From: Prasinococcaceae sp. CCMP 1430
Lineage: Eukaryota > Plantae > Prasinodermophyta
Reading direction: 5' to 3'
Length of the DNA stretch: 64,000 nucleotides
NCBI GenBank assembly: GCA_013416795.1
Contig: RQSC01000554.1
Coordinates: forward strand, 12,667-76,666
Shown here: in pieces, positions 19,791 through 31,794 of the stretch
Layout: the number at the start of each line of letters is the position of its first letter
How positions within the stretch are numbered: position 1 is the first letter of the stretch
The notes under the pieces: model-generated
What the model saw: only the letters and a program-made list of their open reading frames with translations
What the model was told of the DNA's origin: nothing
Databases searched by the model: none
Program-made: the position numbers and the translations under genes

Positions 19791-20366
19791 TTAAGAAGAA
19801 GAAGAAGACCCCCCCCCTTGGTTCTTCGCCCTCCTCGCGTCCTTCTTGCACGCAGCGCACTCGCGCTTGCCGCCGGCCACGCACCGCACGCACATCTCCT
19901 CTGTGTCCTTGTCGTCGTAGAGAATCTTGGCCATGGCCCGGCCGCCCTTCGTGCGCACCTTCCGCGCCGGGGTCGACCCATCCTTGCCCCCGACCGTATT
20001 GGGGACTGTGTAGTTTGCAGAATCGTAGATCACCCGCACCGCCTTGCCCGCATACGACATCCCGTTCGGCCAGTCGATCACCACGGGGCTTGCCACGGCC
20101 ACCGACCCGCGCTCCACGTACTGCTTGACGTCCACGGGTATCTCCGAGCGCTGGAAGATCGCGTGCGTCTCACGGCTGATCACACACCTCCGCTCGCGTT
20201 CATCCTCGGTCACCTTGCTCTCGAACTCCTTCTGGCTCCGGCGCGCGCGCTTGCTGCGGCGCGCTACGGGCTTGGCGACCTTCCCCGCCCGGTACACCAC
20301 GCGATCAGCGAGCTCCGGACTGACGATGACACCGCCCTTCGTGCTCAGCAGAATGCACAATAACAA
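19791..20366 (-). CDS. Hypothetical protein or exon with a Tudor-like segment and C-terminal CxxC...CxxC
   Basis: Host-like codon use. Motifs IDWPNGMSYAGKAVRV and CVRC-x6-CAAC. Start is uncertain. Confidence 0.45.
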   Translation of the reverse strand: MLLCILLSTKGGVIVSPELADRVVYRAGKVAKPVARRSKRARRSQKEFESKVTEDERERRCVISRETHAIFQRSEIPVDVKQYVERGSVAVASPVVIDWPNGMSYAGKAVRVIYDSANYTVPNTVGGKDGSTPARKVRTKGGRAMAKILYDDKDTEEMCVRCVAGGKRECAACKKDARRAKNQGGGSSSSS

Positions 20367-21255
20367 AACCTACCATCACCCCGTCCGGTAAAAAAAGTAA
20401 CTCTTTCGTTTTGATATAAGGATAGGGTCTTACCCCAATGGCGCGTAAATTCATGTGCGATACGTCACTTCTAATCTGTGACGGCTGGGGTTATGACCAA
20501 ACCGCAACTCGAAACCCGAAGCCCGGAAGCCCCGAACGGGGCGCCCGCGGACGCCCGCGCGCGCGGAATCGCGGCCATTCGTTTTGATATAAGTCGGCCG
20601 TCACGCCGCGCCCGCGGACTGCCATCAAAATGCATTGTGTACAAGACGATGGTTTTGATATCAATCCTAATGAAAAGGGGCTAGAGTCCGCGGCCGCGAT
20701 TCGAAACCGCGGGCGAGCGGGAGCGCACAAACCCGAAGTCATCTTAATCAAATCGAATGAAAGTTTGAAAAGGGTCTGCGACCAAAAACGGCCAACTTTT
20801 CCCATGCATTTTGACGTACCTGCTAAAATCGCCAGTGAGCAGGGGGGGGGGGTGATGAGCAGCTATGGTCGAGAGCGGCGGCGGCGGCCCACAGCGCGCG
20901 CAGGGCGCGCCGCGGGTGAGCGTGGCTGGCTCGCCGTCGTCCACCGGGACACAGGCGGGCGACCCACCGGGCTTGGCCCCATCCGCGCGTGGGTGGAGAC
21001 AATGCCACGCGAAAACCGCTCAGAATCTGAGCGCGCCCGCGCGGAGCGCCACGGCGATGCGCGCGCCGCCGTAGCGCAGCGGCGCGCCACACAGCGCGGC
21101 CGCGCTGCGGCACCCCTATCACAATGCGCCCTCGGGGGAACAGCCGCGCCTGGCGCGTAGTGAGGGCGTGGGCGCTGCTTTGTGCAGTGCCCGCGCTCAC
21201 TCCGACTCGCTCCCCAACAACATCACCAACAACAACATCCTCTATCAAAAAAAAA

Positions 21256-23993
21256 TCACCACGCGAAGCTCTCGTCGCGCACCATCACGCCATACTTCTC
21301 CCCGATGCCTCGCAGCGCTTCGAGCACCCGCTCCGAACCCCCGCAGTAGAGCACCTGCCAGCGCGCGAGCGCCTCCGGCCCGCCGACGAGCGCCCCGAAC
21401 TGGTCCACCGACTTCGTGCGGCCGTCGAAGCCGCCCACTCGCTTGGCGTCGAAGCCCGCTGCCATGTCCGCGTACGAGGCCGTCCACTGGTCGCGCGCCG
21501 GCGACGGGTGGCCCGAGTCGCCATCAACGCTCTCCAGATCCCAGACGTCCACCTCGACGTGATCCGAAACCGAGCGCCTGATGGACGCCTTCCGCAGCAT
21601 CTTGACGCTCGGGCTGCGCAGCCGCGACGGCGGCGGCCTCGGGCTCGCCCTTCCCTCTTCCCCCAACCCTCCCCCCCCACCAATACCCCCCCCTTCCTTC
21701 CACCCTACGCCCCCCGGCCTGTCCTCCTCCTCCTCGAGCCTCCGCATGAGCCTCCGGAAGTCCTCCTCGCTCGCCGCGCCGCCGGCGGGGCAGCCCATGA
21801 CCTCAAAGACCCTGTCCACGTCCTCCTGCGCGAAGAAGCTCGTGTCCTCCTCGTCGAAGCTCGGGCTGGCCACGAGGGACGTCAGCGCCCTCGACGAGAA
21901 GGACCCGCCGTGGCTTTTCCTCATCGCCGCCACCCTCGCGCGCTCGTTGAGCAGCGCGCCGAGCCCCCGCGCGGTGACCGCGCCGCCGCCTCCCCCTCCT
22001 CCGCCTCCACCCGCTCCTCGCCCCCGCGCGGTGACCGCGCCGCCGCCTCCCCCTCCTCCGCCTCCACCCATTCTTCCCCCCCCCCCGTTACCCACCCCAC
22101 CTCCTCCCCCTCCTAAGCCTCCCCCCCCTCCTCCCCCCTCCATTCTAACCCCNTGCCCCTGCTGCCCCTGCTGCCCCTGCTGCGCCTGCTGCCCCCGCTG
22201 CGCCTGCTGCCCCAGACCCTCCCTCCACCTCAAACCCCCGGAGCACGTCGAGCGCGCCCAGCGCCACCGAGGCGGCGCGCCGCCGCGCCTCCACTCTCCC
22301 ACCCTCCCCCGCCACCCCCCCATAGCGCTCCCTCATGCGCGCGGGCAGCCCCTCCCCCGTCTCGATGCCCGCCACGACGTTCTTGAAGATCTTCTCGAAG
22401 TCCGGCCGGCCCGTCACCACCAGCAGCGTGGGCGGCAGCTTGCCCGCGCGGCGCAGCGCGTCGAGGCGCAGCGGCTCCTTGCCCGTGTACGAGATGACGG
22501 TCCACGCGTACGGGTCGAAGCGCCCGACGCGGAGGTAGAACTCGACCAGCGAGCGCTCGCGGCACGACCACACCAGGTTGATGTACCTGTCGGTGTCGTG
22601 GTAGTGGTTGATGACGGAGAGCGCGGGCGTGATGCCGATGCCGGTGGCCACCAGGAAGAGCTTGTCGAAGTGCATGGCGGTGGCGTACGAGCTGGCGAAG
22701 GGCCCCGAGACGAAGCACGGCCGCGTGGTGGGGCGGTCGAGCTCCCTCCACAGCGCGGTCGTCCAGTCGCCCGCCCGGAGGATGCACACGGCGCTGTGGT
22801 TGGGCAGCGTCGGGTGCGGGAAGAGCGAGAAGGCGTGGAACTGGAAGCGGTTCACCCACGGGATGTTGAGCAGGATGTAGCCCGCGCTCCCGTGCGAGGT
22901 GAACCCCTCGGGGTTCTCGAAGACCAGCTCCGTGCCGCACTCCAGCCGCGTGAACAGGGTGTTCTTGACGCGGTACGTGCGGAAGGTGATGCCGTAGAGG
23001 TAGTCGAGCGCGTACAGCAGCAGCGGCGCGCCCAGCAGCTTGGCGATGTGCTGCGTGGGCGCGTGGAAGAGCAGCGCGGCGCACCACACCACGCTGAGCA
23101 TGTGCGCCGCCTTGCGCCACTCGAACGCCACGCGGCGCTTGATGCTGGGGAAGAGCATGGGCCACACGATCAGCGGCGTCACCAGCGCCGCGATGGCGCC
23201 GCTGCGCCCCGTCACGTGCGAGTAGAGCAAGTCCAGCCGCCCCTGGAGCGCCCAGCGCGCGGTGTGGCACGCCGAGTGCACCAGGCACTCGACGCCCACG
23301 ATGGCGCCCGCGGCGGTGTGCACCTCGTGCAGGTCGTGGAAGGGCACGAACGTGCCCCAGAAGGTGCGCTCGAAGAAGGTGGCCAGGTGGTTGCACTTGG
23401 ACACGAAGAGCAGCATGTAGAGAGCGTAGTCGAAGTAGGCGCCCACGCGGGCGACGCCCAGCAGCAGCAGCGAGGGCAGGTCGAGCGCGCAGACCGTCTC
23501 GCGGGGGCACGCGCAGTGCGTGAGCGGCGCGACGCAGTCCTCGCGGCGATCCATCAGCCCGATGGGCGCGCGCGCGAGGGTGGTGACGGCGGCGAAGAGC
23601 GCCACCGGGAGGCACACGAACGCCAGCAGGTAGCGCAGCGAGCTCACGCGCTGCCAGGCGCGACGCGGGAACGACGCGAGCGGCGCGGCGCAGTCGCGAC
23701 AGAGCTTTGGGGCGCCGCGGCGGCGCCGCCGCTCCCCTTCGGCGCNCGATCGCGGCGAGGCGCGAGCGTTTCTCGTCCTCGCCGCCTCCCGCCAACCCCC
23801 AGAAAATGTCCCTCTGCAGCTCGGCCTTCTCGGCCTTGAGCGCTTGCCGCTCGTGCTGGTGGACCTTGTAAGGAGACTCCACGTGCGCCTTCGCCATGCG
23901 CTTCCCCCTGGCGGCCCTCGCCCGCCTGGCGTCGATCTCGCTGCGCGACTGCGGAGGCAGCATCGCCGCGCCGTTCTCAGCCATGTCGCCCAT
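21256..23993 (-). CDS. NADPH oxidase / ferric reductase family flavocytochrome; frame broken at single Ns 22153 and 23746
   Basis: Heme His pairs H-x13-H (VHTAAG...VHSACH) and H-x12-H (AHMLS...LFH), FAD motif HAFS, GPFAS, NADPH motif VATGIGITP, LVWSCRE, and C-terminal YCG...ESF. Confidence 0.9.
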
Positions 23994-24440
23994 GCCGGCG
24001 CCTTCCGCTGTGGCGGCCGCCCGCTCTCCCACGCCGCCTTTGTTGCGACACCAACCTGAACCCAATCCGATTTCGGATCACGCCAGAGGATGAAATGTGC
24101 GGTGTCGCGCGGCCCGCCCTCGAATCTTCTTGCGTCCAACGAACCAACCACCAACTCCGACGGCGCGCGCGAATTGCATTTGAATGCATATAGATAGGGT
24201 TTGCGGCGTCCGACCGACACATCGCGAATGGGCATGGATGGCCAGCACCCCATCTCGTGCCTCAATCAAAAGCAGCGCACCGAGCGCTCGCCCGCCCGTC
24301 TCCTCGCCTCGCATCACGCAGTCAGCCCTTCCGTTCCTCCCCGAAAAGCGCGCTCGCACGACCCCCCGATTGCCGGCTCATCGACCCAATCACGCCGCGC
24401 GCGCGCCCGTGCTCGCGCGGCGCGCGGCTACTCATTATTA

Positions 24441-25091
24441 GTGTCCGGCTCAAAATGTGACGTGTGTCAATTTTTGGGCGGCGGCTACATCCAGCTCGCT
24501 GCGATCCAGCCGCCGCCGATGGGCGTTTCGGGGCCCTCTCGCCCATCTCCATATGGAACTGCGCGCGATTCCGCCCCTCGCGGGGGGAAGGGGGCGCGCT
24601 CGCCGATGGTGGTTTGGGTTCGAGAAATATAATATATTGACAATCAGGGTTTAGGATCCACTTCCGGCCGGTCAGTCGTGCCCTCCCCATCGCAGGCGAA
24701 ACATGCCCAGCAGCGCCGCGGCCGCCCCCCTCGCGGCGCCCGCGGCGCTGCCGTCCTCGCCCTTGTCCCCCTCGCCGGCGCTGCCGTCCTCGCCCTCGCC
24801 CCCCTCGCCGGCGCTGTCCTCGTCGCTCCCCTCAAGGAACCGATCCCAGCGCGGCTGGCGTCGCGCGCCCGTAGATCTCCCTCGCCACAGTCTGTCCGGA
24901 TATTGTCAGGTCGGCGGGGACGCCGTCGTTATAGCGTGCGGCCATCCCCCCGCGAGGGGCGGAATCGCGCGCAGTTCCATATGGAGATGGGTGAGAGGGC
25001 CCGAAACGCCCATCGGCGGCGGCTGGATCGCAGCGAGCTGGATGTAGCCGCCGCCCAAAAATTGACACACGTCACATTTTGAGCCGGACAC
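24441..25091. mobile_element. Non-autonomous DNA transposon (MITE-like), 651 bp, ~148-bp terminal inverted repeats, TA on both flanks
   Basis: 24441-24588 is the reverse complement of 24945-25091 with one substitution and one 1-bp indel. TA lies at 24439-24440 and 25092-25093. Confidence 0.85.
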
Positions 25092-25465
25092 TACAGTAGT
25101 GCTCGCTCGCCGCGCGGAGGGCGCTTCCGCACCGCGTGATGCGACAGCGCCGCGGCGCGCGCGAGAGCGGCGTCCGGGGGCGCCACTGGGCGCGCCCGCG
25201 GCACCCGAGGCCACAGCACGTGCTATTCCTCGCAGACGCGCCGGCCGGAGGGCGGGGCTTGCGGGCTCGTCAAAAGTCTCGCGCTCATGACAATGACACA
25301 TGACGCAGCGGCTTCGGAGAGGATGCGCCAGGCGTTGCTGGTGGTGACGGAGAGGCTGGGCGTCAGCGCGGCACAGGTCCGCCGGGCGCGCGAGGAGCGC
25401 AATGCTCTCTTATTCTCTCGGCCCCCTTCTCTCACACGCCCCGACATCGCACCCCACACGCACGC

Positions 25466-25592
25466 TACGGCTACGACTGCGCGCCAAGCTGTTCTCCTCG
25501 CCACACAAGCGTTTCAAAACGCTGAGGCTACGGCTACGACTGCACGCCAAACTTTTCTCCTCGCCACACCATCGTTTCAAAACTCTGAGTTC
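25466..25592. repeat. 63-bp tandem duplication inside a short ORF (25287-25700)
   Basis: GCTACGGCTACGACTGC...CTCCTCGCCACAC...CGTTTCAAAAC occurs twice. Confidence 0.7.
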
Positions 25593-25918
25593 ATGCGCAA
25601 CAAAAGGCCCAGGACGTCTTATCCCCAGCCAAAGTTCGGCCTTCCCACCCGCAATAATGAAGCGGCTCGGAGAGCGGCCAAGCTCCCCCATCTTCATTAG
25701 AACTCGTAAAGTTATATGACTGTCTTTTTACATAGCGCACCACCACACAACCCACCCGCCCACGCCCACCGCTCCACCCAGCCACCGACGCCACCACCTC
25801 ACCATCACCCCCCCCCCCCCACACACACACACACCGACCCACTCCCCCCTCACATCATTCCCCCTCACCCCCACACTCCCTCGCCTCCTCCCCCACCCCT
25901 CAACAACGCATGACAACA

Positions 25919-26177
25919 CTAGCACTCGACCGACCCCGTGCTCACCTGATAATCCGCAATCTCGTCCATCACGCCCAGCACCTCATCATCCGCCTCGTCC
26001 TCGTACGCCGCCGAGAGCACCCGCGGCCCCGCGCCCCCCATCCACGCCGCCTCGCCACCCGCGGGCGTCTTGATGAGCCTGAGCAGCGCGGCGGCCGCCA
26101 GGGCGCGCGTCTCCGCGTCGGGCTCCCTCGCGCGCGCCGCGCACAGCTCGCGCTGCAGCAGCGGCGACATGCGCGCG
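25919..26177 (-). CDS. HGH1: HGH1-like (DUF384) C-terminal fragment; the rest is presumably in the N gap
   Basis: REPDAETR...AAWMGGAGPRVLSAAYEDEADDEV resembles the plant HGH1 C-terminal W-x3-GPRIL-x2-YExEED pattern. Confidence 0.6.
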
Positions 26178-27551
26178 NNNNNNNNNNNNNNNNNNNNNNN
26201 NNNNNNNNNNNNNNNNNNNNNNNNNNNNNNNNNNNNNNNNNNNNNNNNNNNNNNNNNNNNNNNNNNNNNNNNNNNNNNNNNNNNNNNNNNNNNNNNNNNN
26301 NNNNNNNNNNNNNNNNNNNNNNNNNNNNNNNNNNNNNNNNNNNNNNNNNNNNNNNNNNNNNNNNNNNNNNNNNNNNNNNNNNNNNNNNNNNNNNNNNNNN
26401 NNNNNNNNNNNNNNNNNNNNNNNNNNNNNNNNNNNNNNNNNNNNNNNNNNNNNNNNNNNNNNNNNNNNNNNNNNNNNNNNNNNNNNNNNNNNNNNNNNNN
26501 NNNNNNNNNNNNNNNNNNNNNNNNNNNNNNNNNNNNNNNNNNNNNNNNNNNNNNNNNNNNNNNNNNNNNNNNNNNNNNNNNNNNNNNNNNNNNNNNNNNN
26601 NNNNNNNNNNNNNNNNNNNNNNNNNNNNNNNNNNNNNNNNNNNNNNNNNNNNNNNNNNNNNNNNNNNNNNNNNNNNNNNNNNNNNNNNNNNNNNNNNNNN
26701 NNNNNNNNNNNNNNNNNNNNNNNNNNNNNNNNNNNNNNNNNNNNNNNNNNNNNNGCGGAGGGTGCGGCGGTCAAGAATGTCGCGTTGCCTGCTCAGAAAA
26801 AGGTCATGTCGGCTGTGCCGCAGGCGATGGCAGCCCCTCGCCCGTCCCAGGCCCCGCAGATGCATCAGCAGCAGGCTCGCCCGCAGCCGCCGCCGCCGCT
26901 TGTCCCGCGGCGGCGGCGTTTATTATTATCCGGAAGGTCGCCGCTTCGCGCGCGCGACCCGCGGCGCCGACGCCGCGCGACAATGGAAAGCGACATTTTC
27001 CAACAAAAACGCGTGAGAAATTCGCGCCGGCACCCACGTCGCCATCAAAAGTCACAGGTGACAACCGTCACAAGCGAACGAACACGAGCGCTCGAGCGCT
27101 GGCATACCCGAAACATATTTAGGGTACTGTAAAAACGCGTCCCAATTTCGTTTTTAACATCAAATCATACGATATAACCTTCCATCTCAAACCCTACATG
27201 CCTCCTTCCAGAGTCCCCCCTGCGCGCCAGCCGCCGGCGCGGCGGCTGCGCGATGCAGGCGGGAGGGGCGCGCGCGCTGGGGGCAGGGGGGGGGGCAGCA
27301 AAGATGCCCCGCGCATTCGGAGGTGGACCCCTGAGCGGTGGTGAGCCCGCACACTCGCTCCTCCGTGCGCGCCACACAGCGCCAGCGCTGGAGCGCGCCC
27401 AACGCCCTACAGCGCCAGCGCTCGAGCGGGAGCGAGCGAGCCCCCCCCCACACACACACCCGGCCGGCCCCAACGGGGGGCCACGCCCAGGCACTGACAA
27501 CCCCCCCATCCCCCCCCCCAGACGCCACCGCGCTCATCATTTATAGCCCAC

Positions 27552-28840
27552 ATGGGCAAGAAAGGCCATGACAAGCGCACGACCGACCCGCTCGCGCAGA
27601 AGCCGGGCGCGCTCGACGCGCAGCTGGGCGCGGACGCGCTCGCGGCCCACCGCTTTACGACGCGGCCGCCTCCGGCGGCGGCCTGCCCCTGAGCCTGGCG
27701 CTCGGCGCCGCCGACGCGCCGGGCCTGTCGGGGGACGACTCGGACGCGGACTACGACGACGACATCGGCGGCGACTTCCTGGTGGACCGCGACATGGGCG
27801 ACTACCTGGGCGACATGGAGCTCGACGAGGCGGACGAGCGCGCGCTGGAGGCGTTCATGAACCCCAGCGGCAGCGTGGCGCCGCGCTCGCTCGCCGACAT
27901 CATCGCCGAGAAGATGCGCGAGCAGGGCCTCATGGGCGCCGGCGAGGACGGCATGGCCTCCGACGAGTCGGGCGAGCGCTTCGTGCGGGGCATGGACCCC
28001 AAGGTGATGGAGGTGTACAACGGCGTGGGCAAGCACCTGTCGCACTACCGCTCGGGCAAGCTGCCCAAGGCGTTCAAGATCGTGCCCAGCCTGGACAACT
28101 GGGAGGAGGTGCTCTACCTGACCAACCCCGACAAGTGGGCGGCCGGCGCGTGCTTCCAGGCGACGCGGCTCTTCTCGTCCAACATGAACGCCAAGATGGC
28201 GCAGCGCTTCTACTCGCTGGTGCTGCTGCCGCGCGTGCGCAGCGACATCGCCGACCAGAAGCGCCTGCACTTCGCGCTGTACCAGAGCCTGTGCAAGGCC
28301 ACGTACAAGCCCGCCGCGTGGTTCAAGGGGCTGCTCCTGCCGCTGTGCGCGAGCGGCACGTGCTCCCTGCGCGAGGCCGTCATCTTCGTGTCGGTGCTCA
28401 CCAAGAAGTCGCTGCCCGCGGTGCACTCGGCGGTGGCGCTGCTCAAGATCGCGCAGATGCCCTACTCGGGCACCAACTCCTTCTTCATCCGCGCCATCAT
28501 CGACAAGAAGTACGCGCTGCCGTACAAGGTCATCGACGCGCTGGTGGACCACTTCGCCTCGTTCACCGACGACCCGCGCGCGCTGCCCGTCGTCTGGCAC
28601 CAGAGCCTGCTGTGCTTCATCCAGCGGTACAAGGATGAGCTCAGGCCGGAGGACAAGGTGCGCATCAAGCAGCTCGTGAAGAAGCAGTTCCACTACCTCA
28701 TCACGCCCGAGGTGCACCGCGAGCTCGACCACGCCATGCAGCGCGGCCACAAGGCCGCCGCCGCGGCCGGCGCCGGCAAGCCCATCGAGGCCATCCGAGA
28801 GGACGTCCGCGACATGCCGCCGGTGATCATGGACGAGTGA
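27552..28840 (+). CDS. BYSL: Bystin / Enp1 (40S ribosome biogenesis factor); frame break near 27650
   Basis: LSHYRSGKLPKAFKI, LYLTNPDKW, KRLHFALYQSL.KATYKPAAWFKG, KKYALPYKVIDALVDHF, LPVVWHQSLL, HYLITPEVHREL. Confidence 0.95.
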
Positions 28841-28985
28841 GCGGCGGCAGGGCGGCGGCGCGAGGGGGGCGGGCGGCCGCGCCGGCGCGCTGGCCCGCCG
28901 TGTAGCATATAACCAACGAATTCATCCTCACGTATTATGCGGCCCGGCGAAGGGGTTAGTGGCGCCGCGCCGCGCCGCGCGCGCT

Positions 28986-31794
28986 TCACTGCTGCTTGGA
29001 CGCCTGCATGGCCGTCACCGTCGCCGAGACGAGCTTGCCGAGCGCGTGGACCTCGCGCTCCAGCCGCGGCGCGCTCCTGGCGGCGGCGCCCTCGGGCAGC
29101 GCGGCGACGCCGCTCGAGATGGAGCGCACGAGGGCGGCCACCTTGTGCTCCAAGATGGTGCGTAGGGCGGCGCGCTCCTTGTTCGCCACGCCCGTCGCCA
29201 CGCGCAGCCGCTCAAGCTCGCCCCCCTCCTTTCCCCCAGTCGCCGCATCTCCGCCCGCGCCCGCGCCGCCACCGGCCTCGCCCTGCTGCTCCCGGAGCGC
29301 CTTGAGCTGCGCGGCCTGGGCCTCGACCGTCGCTCGCGCCTCGGCCGCCTCCCGCCTGGCCAGCCTGAGCTCCTCCTCCATCGCGCCCCCTGCCTCCGCC
29401 GCTGCGGCGGCGGCGGCAGCCGCATCGGCGCTCGCGCCGCCGGCGGCATCGCCGCCCTTTGCTGCCTTGTGGTCCCCGTCGGCGCTCGGGGCGCTCCCCG
29501 AGCCCCCCGCGAGCGCGCCCCCGCCGCGCGCCGCGCGCTCGTCGCCGCCGCCCGCCCCCCACGCCCCGAGGGCCGACACGAGCGCGTCGCTCTTGAGCGG
29601 GCTCGCCGTGGTGTGCTCCACCGCCGCCTTGCGGAGCCTGAAGAGCTCGCCCGTGCGCTTGTCGAGCGTGTCCTCGAGGTCCTTCTGGTGGCGGTCGCGC
29701 GCGTCGAGCTCCTCCTGCAGCGACACGATTTGCTCGTCGCGCTCGTTCAGGCGCGCGGTGAGCGCGATCATGATGTCGCGCTGCTTCAGCAGCAGCGACT
29801 TGTAGCGATCCACCTGCGCCTTGTCCTCCTCCATCACCTTGTGCTCGGCCTCGATGGTCGCCAGCCGCTGCTCGTACTCGTGGCGGATGCGACGGTGCTC
29901 CGCGGCGAGCAGCGAGCGCACCGCGGGCATCTCCGCGATCTGCGTCGGCGGCCGCCCGAGGGCGCGCGCGGCGCGCGCGTTGGGACAGAAGCGAGCGCAG
30001 AGCGCGCGGCGGCCGCGTCAGCCCGCGCTCGCACACACACACACACACACAAAAAAAAAAAAACAGGAGAGTTCGCGCGCGCCGCGGCGCCGGGCGCACC
30101 TTGTGCCCCCCGATGAGCAGCTGCGACTGCATCTCGGCGATGCGCTTCTCGAGCTCGACGCGCTGCTGCTTCTGCTGCATGAAGTCCCTGCTCTTCGCCT
30201 CGAGCTCGGTGAGCGCCAGCAGCTTGTCCCGCTCCGCTCGGCGCTTCTCCTCCTCCAGCTTGAGCAGGCGCCGCTTGTCCACGAGGTCCTTGTTGCGCGC
30301 GCTGAGCTCCTCGCGGAGCTGCTTGAGCTCGCGCTCGTACCGGCGGAGCAGCGTCTTCTGGTCGAGGTCCTCGTTGACGATGGCCTCGTTGCGTATCGAC
30401 TTGGCGCGGTTGGCGAACTTGAGCGTCGACAGCGTCTCCGAGAAGGACGCGCGCGCGGGCGTGATGGTCGCGATCATCGTGGTGCGGCAGTTGCCGCCCA
30501 GCGAGCTCTCCAGGATGCGCGTGAGCTTGCTGTCGCGGTAGGGGATGTGCGATCGCGCGCGCCTGTCCGTGAGCGCGGCGATCACGTTGCCCAGCGCCGA
30601 GAGCGACTGGTTGATGCGCTTCGCCTCGGCCATGCGCTCCCCGGTGGCGCCCGTCACCGCCACGCGCTCCGACCCCGCGAGGTCCACGAGGTTGAGCTTG
30701 CCCACGCGGAAGGTCCGCGACGGCGCCTCCGACGCGGGCGCGCCGGGCGGCGGGGGCACCAGCTGCGAGTGCTCCACGACGAGCATGAAGACGGCGTGCG
30801 ACCGCGAGGACGCCTCGTTGGCGCGCGTGGCGCTCGTCGCGCGCGTCGCCGCCCCGCGCCGCATGAGGTCGAAGATCTCGGCCGGCGAGCGCACCACCCA
30901 CTCCGAGAGCCCCTCGACGTAGACGCCGCGCTTCTTGTCCTCGCGCACGCCCAGGTTCTGCCGCTCGGGCCGCAGGAGGTCGCTGATGGAGTCCTGGTAG
31001 ATCTGCAGCATGGTCGCGCGCACGAGGTACCTGCTCGAGCTGGAGGCCGAGTCCTCCTCGATGTGGCGAAAGACGTCGTCGATCGAGCGCGGGATGATGC
31101 CGCGCAGCTCGCCCGAGAAGCGGCCGTGTTCGTCCGTCGGGCCGTAGATCGTGTGGGTCTTGCCCGAGCCCGTCTGGCCGTACGCGATGAGGGAGGCGTT
31201 GAAGCCCTGCAGCACCGAGCGGACCGCGTCGCGCGCGCACGTCTCGTACACGTGGCGCTGCTCCGACTGCTCGCCGAAGACGTGGTCGAACGTGAACGGG
31301 TGCGCGCCCGCCGCGACGGCGGCCGCGCTGGCGCCGCGTGCCGCCAGCGCGCCGGCGTCCTCGCACAGCGTGATGGCGCCCGGCGCGCGCCGCTGGTCGA
31401 GCAGCACGGATGACGCGAACGGCTCGTAGGGGTCGCGCAGCTCGCGCTGGACCGGCGGCCGCACGCGCACGACCACGCGCACGTTGTCGCGGGCGGTCTC
31501 GCCGGACGCCCTGCGCCCGAGGGCCTTGGCGAGCTCAGCGGCGGCCGCNNNNNNNNNNNNNNNNNNNNNNNNNNNNNNNNNNNNNNNNNNNNNNNNNNNN
31601 NNNNNNNNNNNNNNNNNNNNNNNNNNNNNNNNNNNNNNNNNNNGCCCGGCGCGCGCAGTGGGGCTGCGGGCGCGCGCGCGCGCGCGCGTTCGAAAACCAC
31701 TCTGCGCCGGTGCCCGACCCCGCGCGACCCCCGGGCTGACCGCGAGGGCTTCGATTGGAGTTCTGGGATTGTACGGAGGGCTAGACCCGGTCAT
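28986..31794 (-). CDS. Kinesin motor protein with C-terminal coiled coil (intron 29940-30099; N gap in the N-terminus)
   Basis: NVRVVVRVRP, P-loop GQTGSGKT, SSRSH, LVDLAGSE, HIPYRDSKLT. The tail DKAQVDRYKSLLLKQRDIMIALTARLNERD is joined by in-frame GT-AG splicing. Confidence 0.95.

Noticed and set aside
21581-23839. Long plus-strand ORFs opposite NOX, and similar ones such as 32484-34727, 43306-45441 and 29821-31413
   Set aside because: These are Arg/Ala/Gly/Pro-rich antisense or off-frame shadows expected in very GC-rich coding DNA, with no domain motifs.
24439-25093. CACTA/EnSpm element
   Set aside because: The termini read TAGTG...CACTA, the reverse of CACTA...TAGTG, and there is no 3-bp TSD. 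A TA duplication fits better.
25910-27122. ORFs of 260-370 aa spanning the large gap
   Set aside because: They are made mostly of N-derived X residues.
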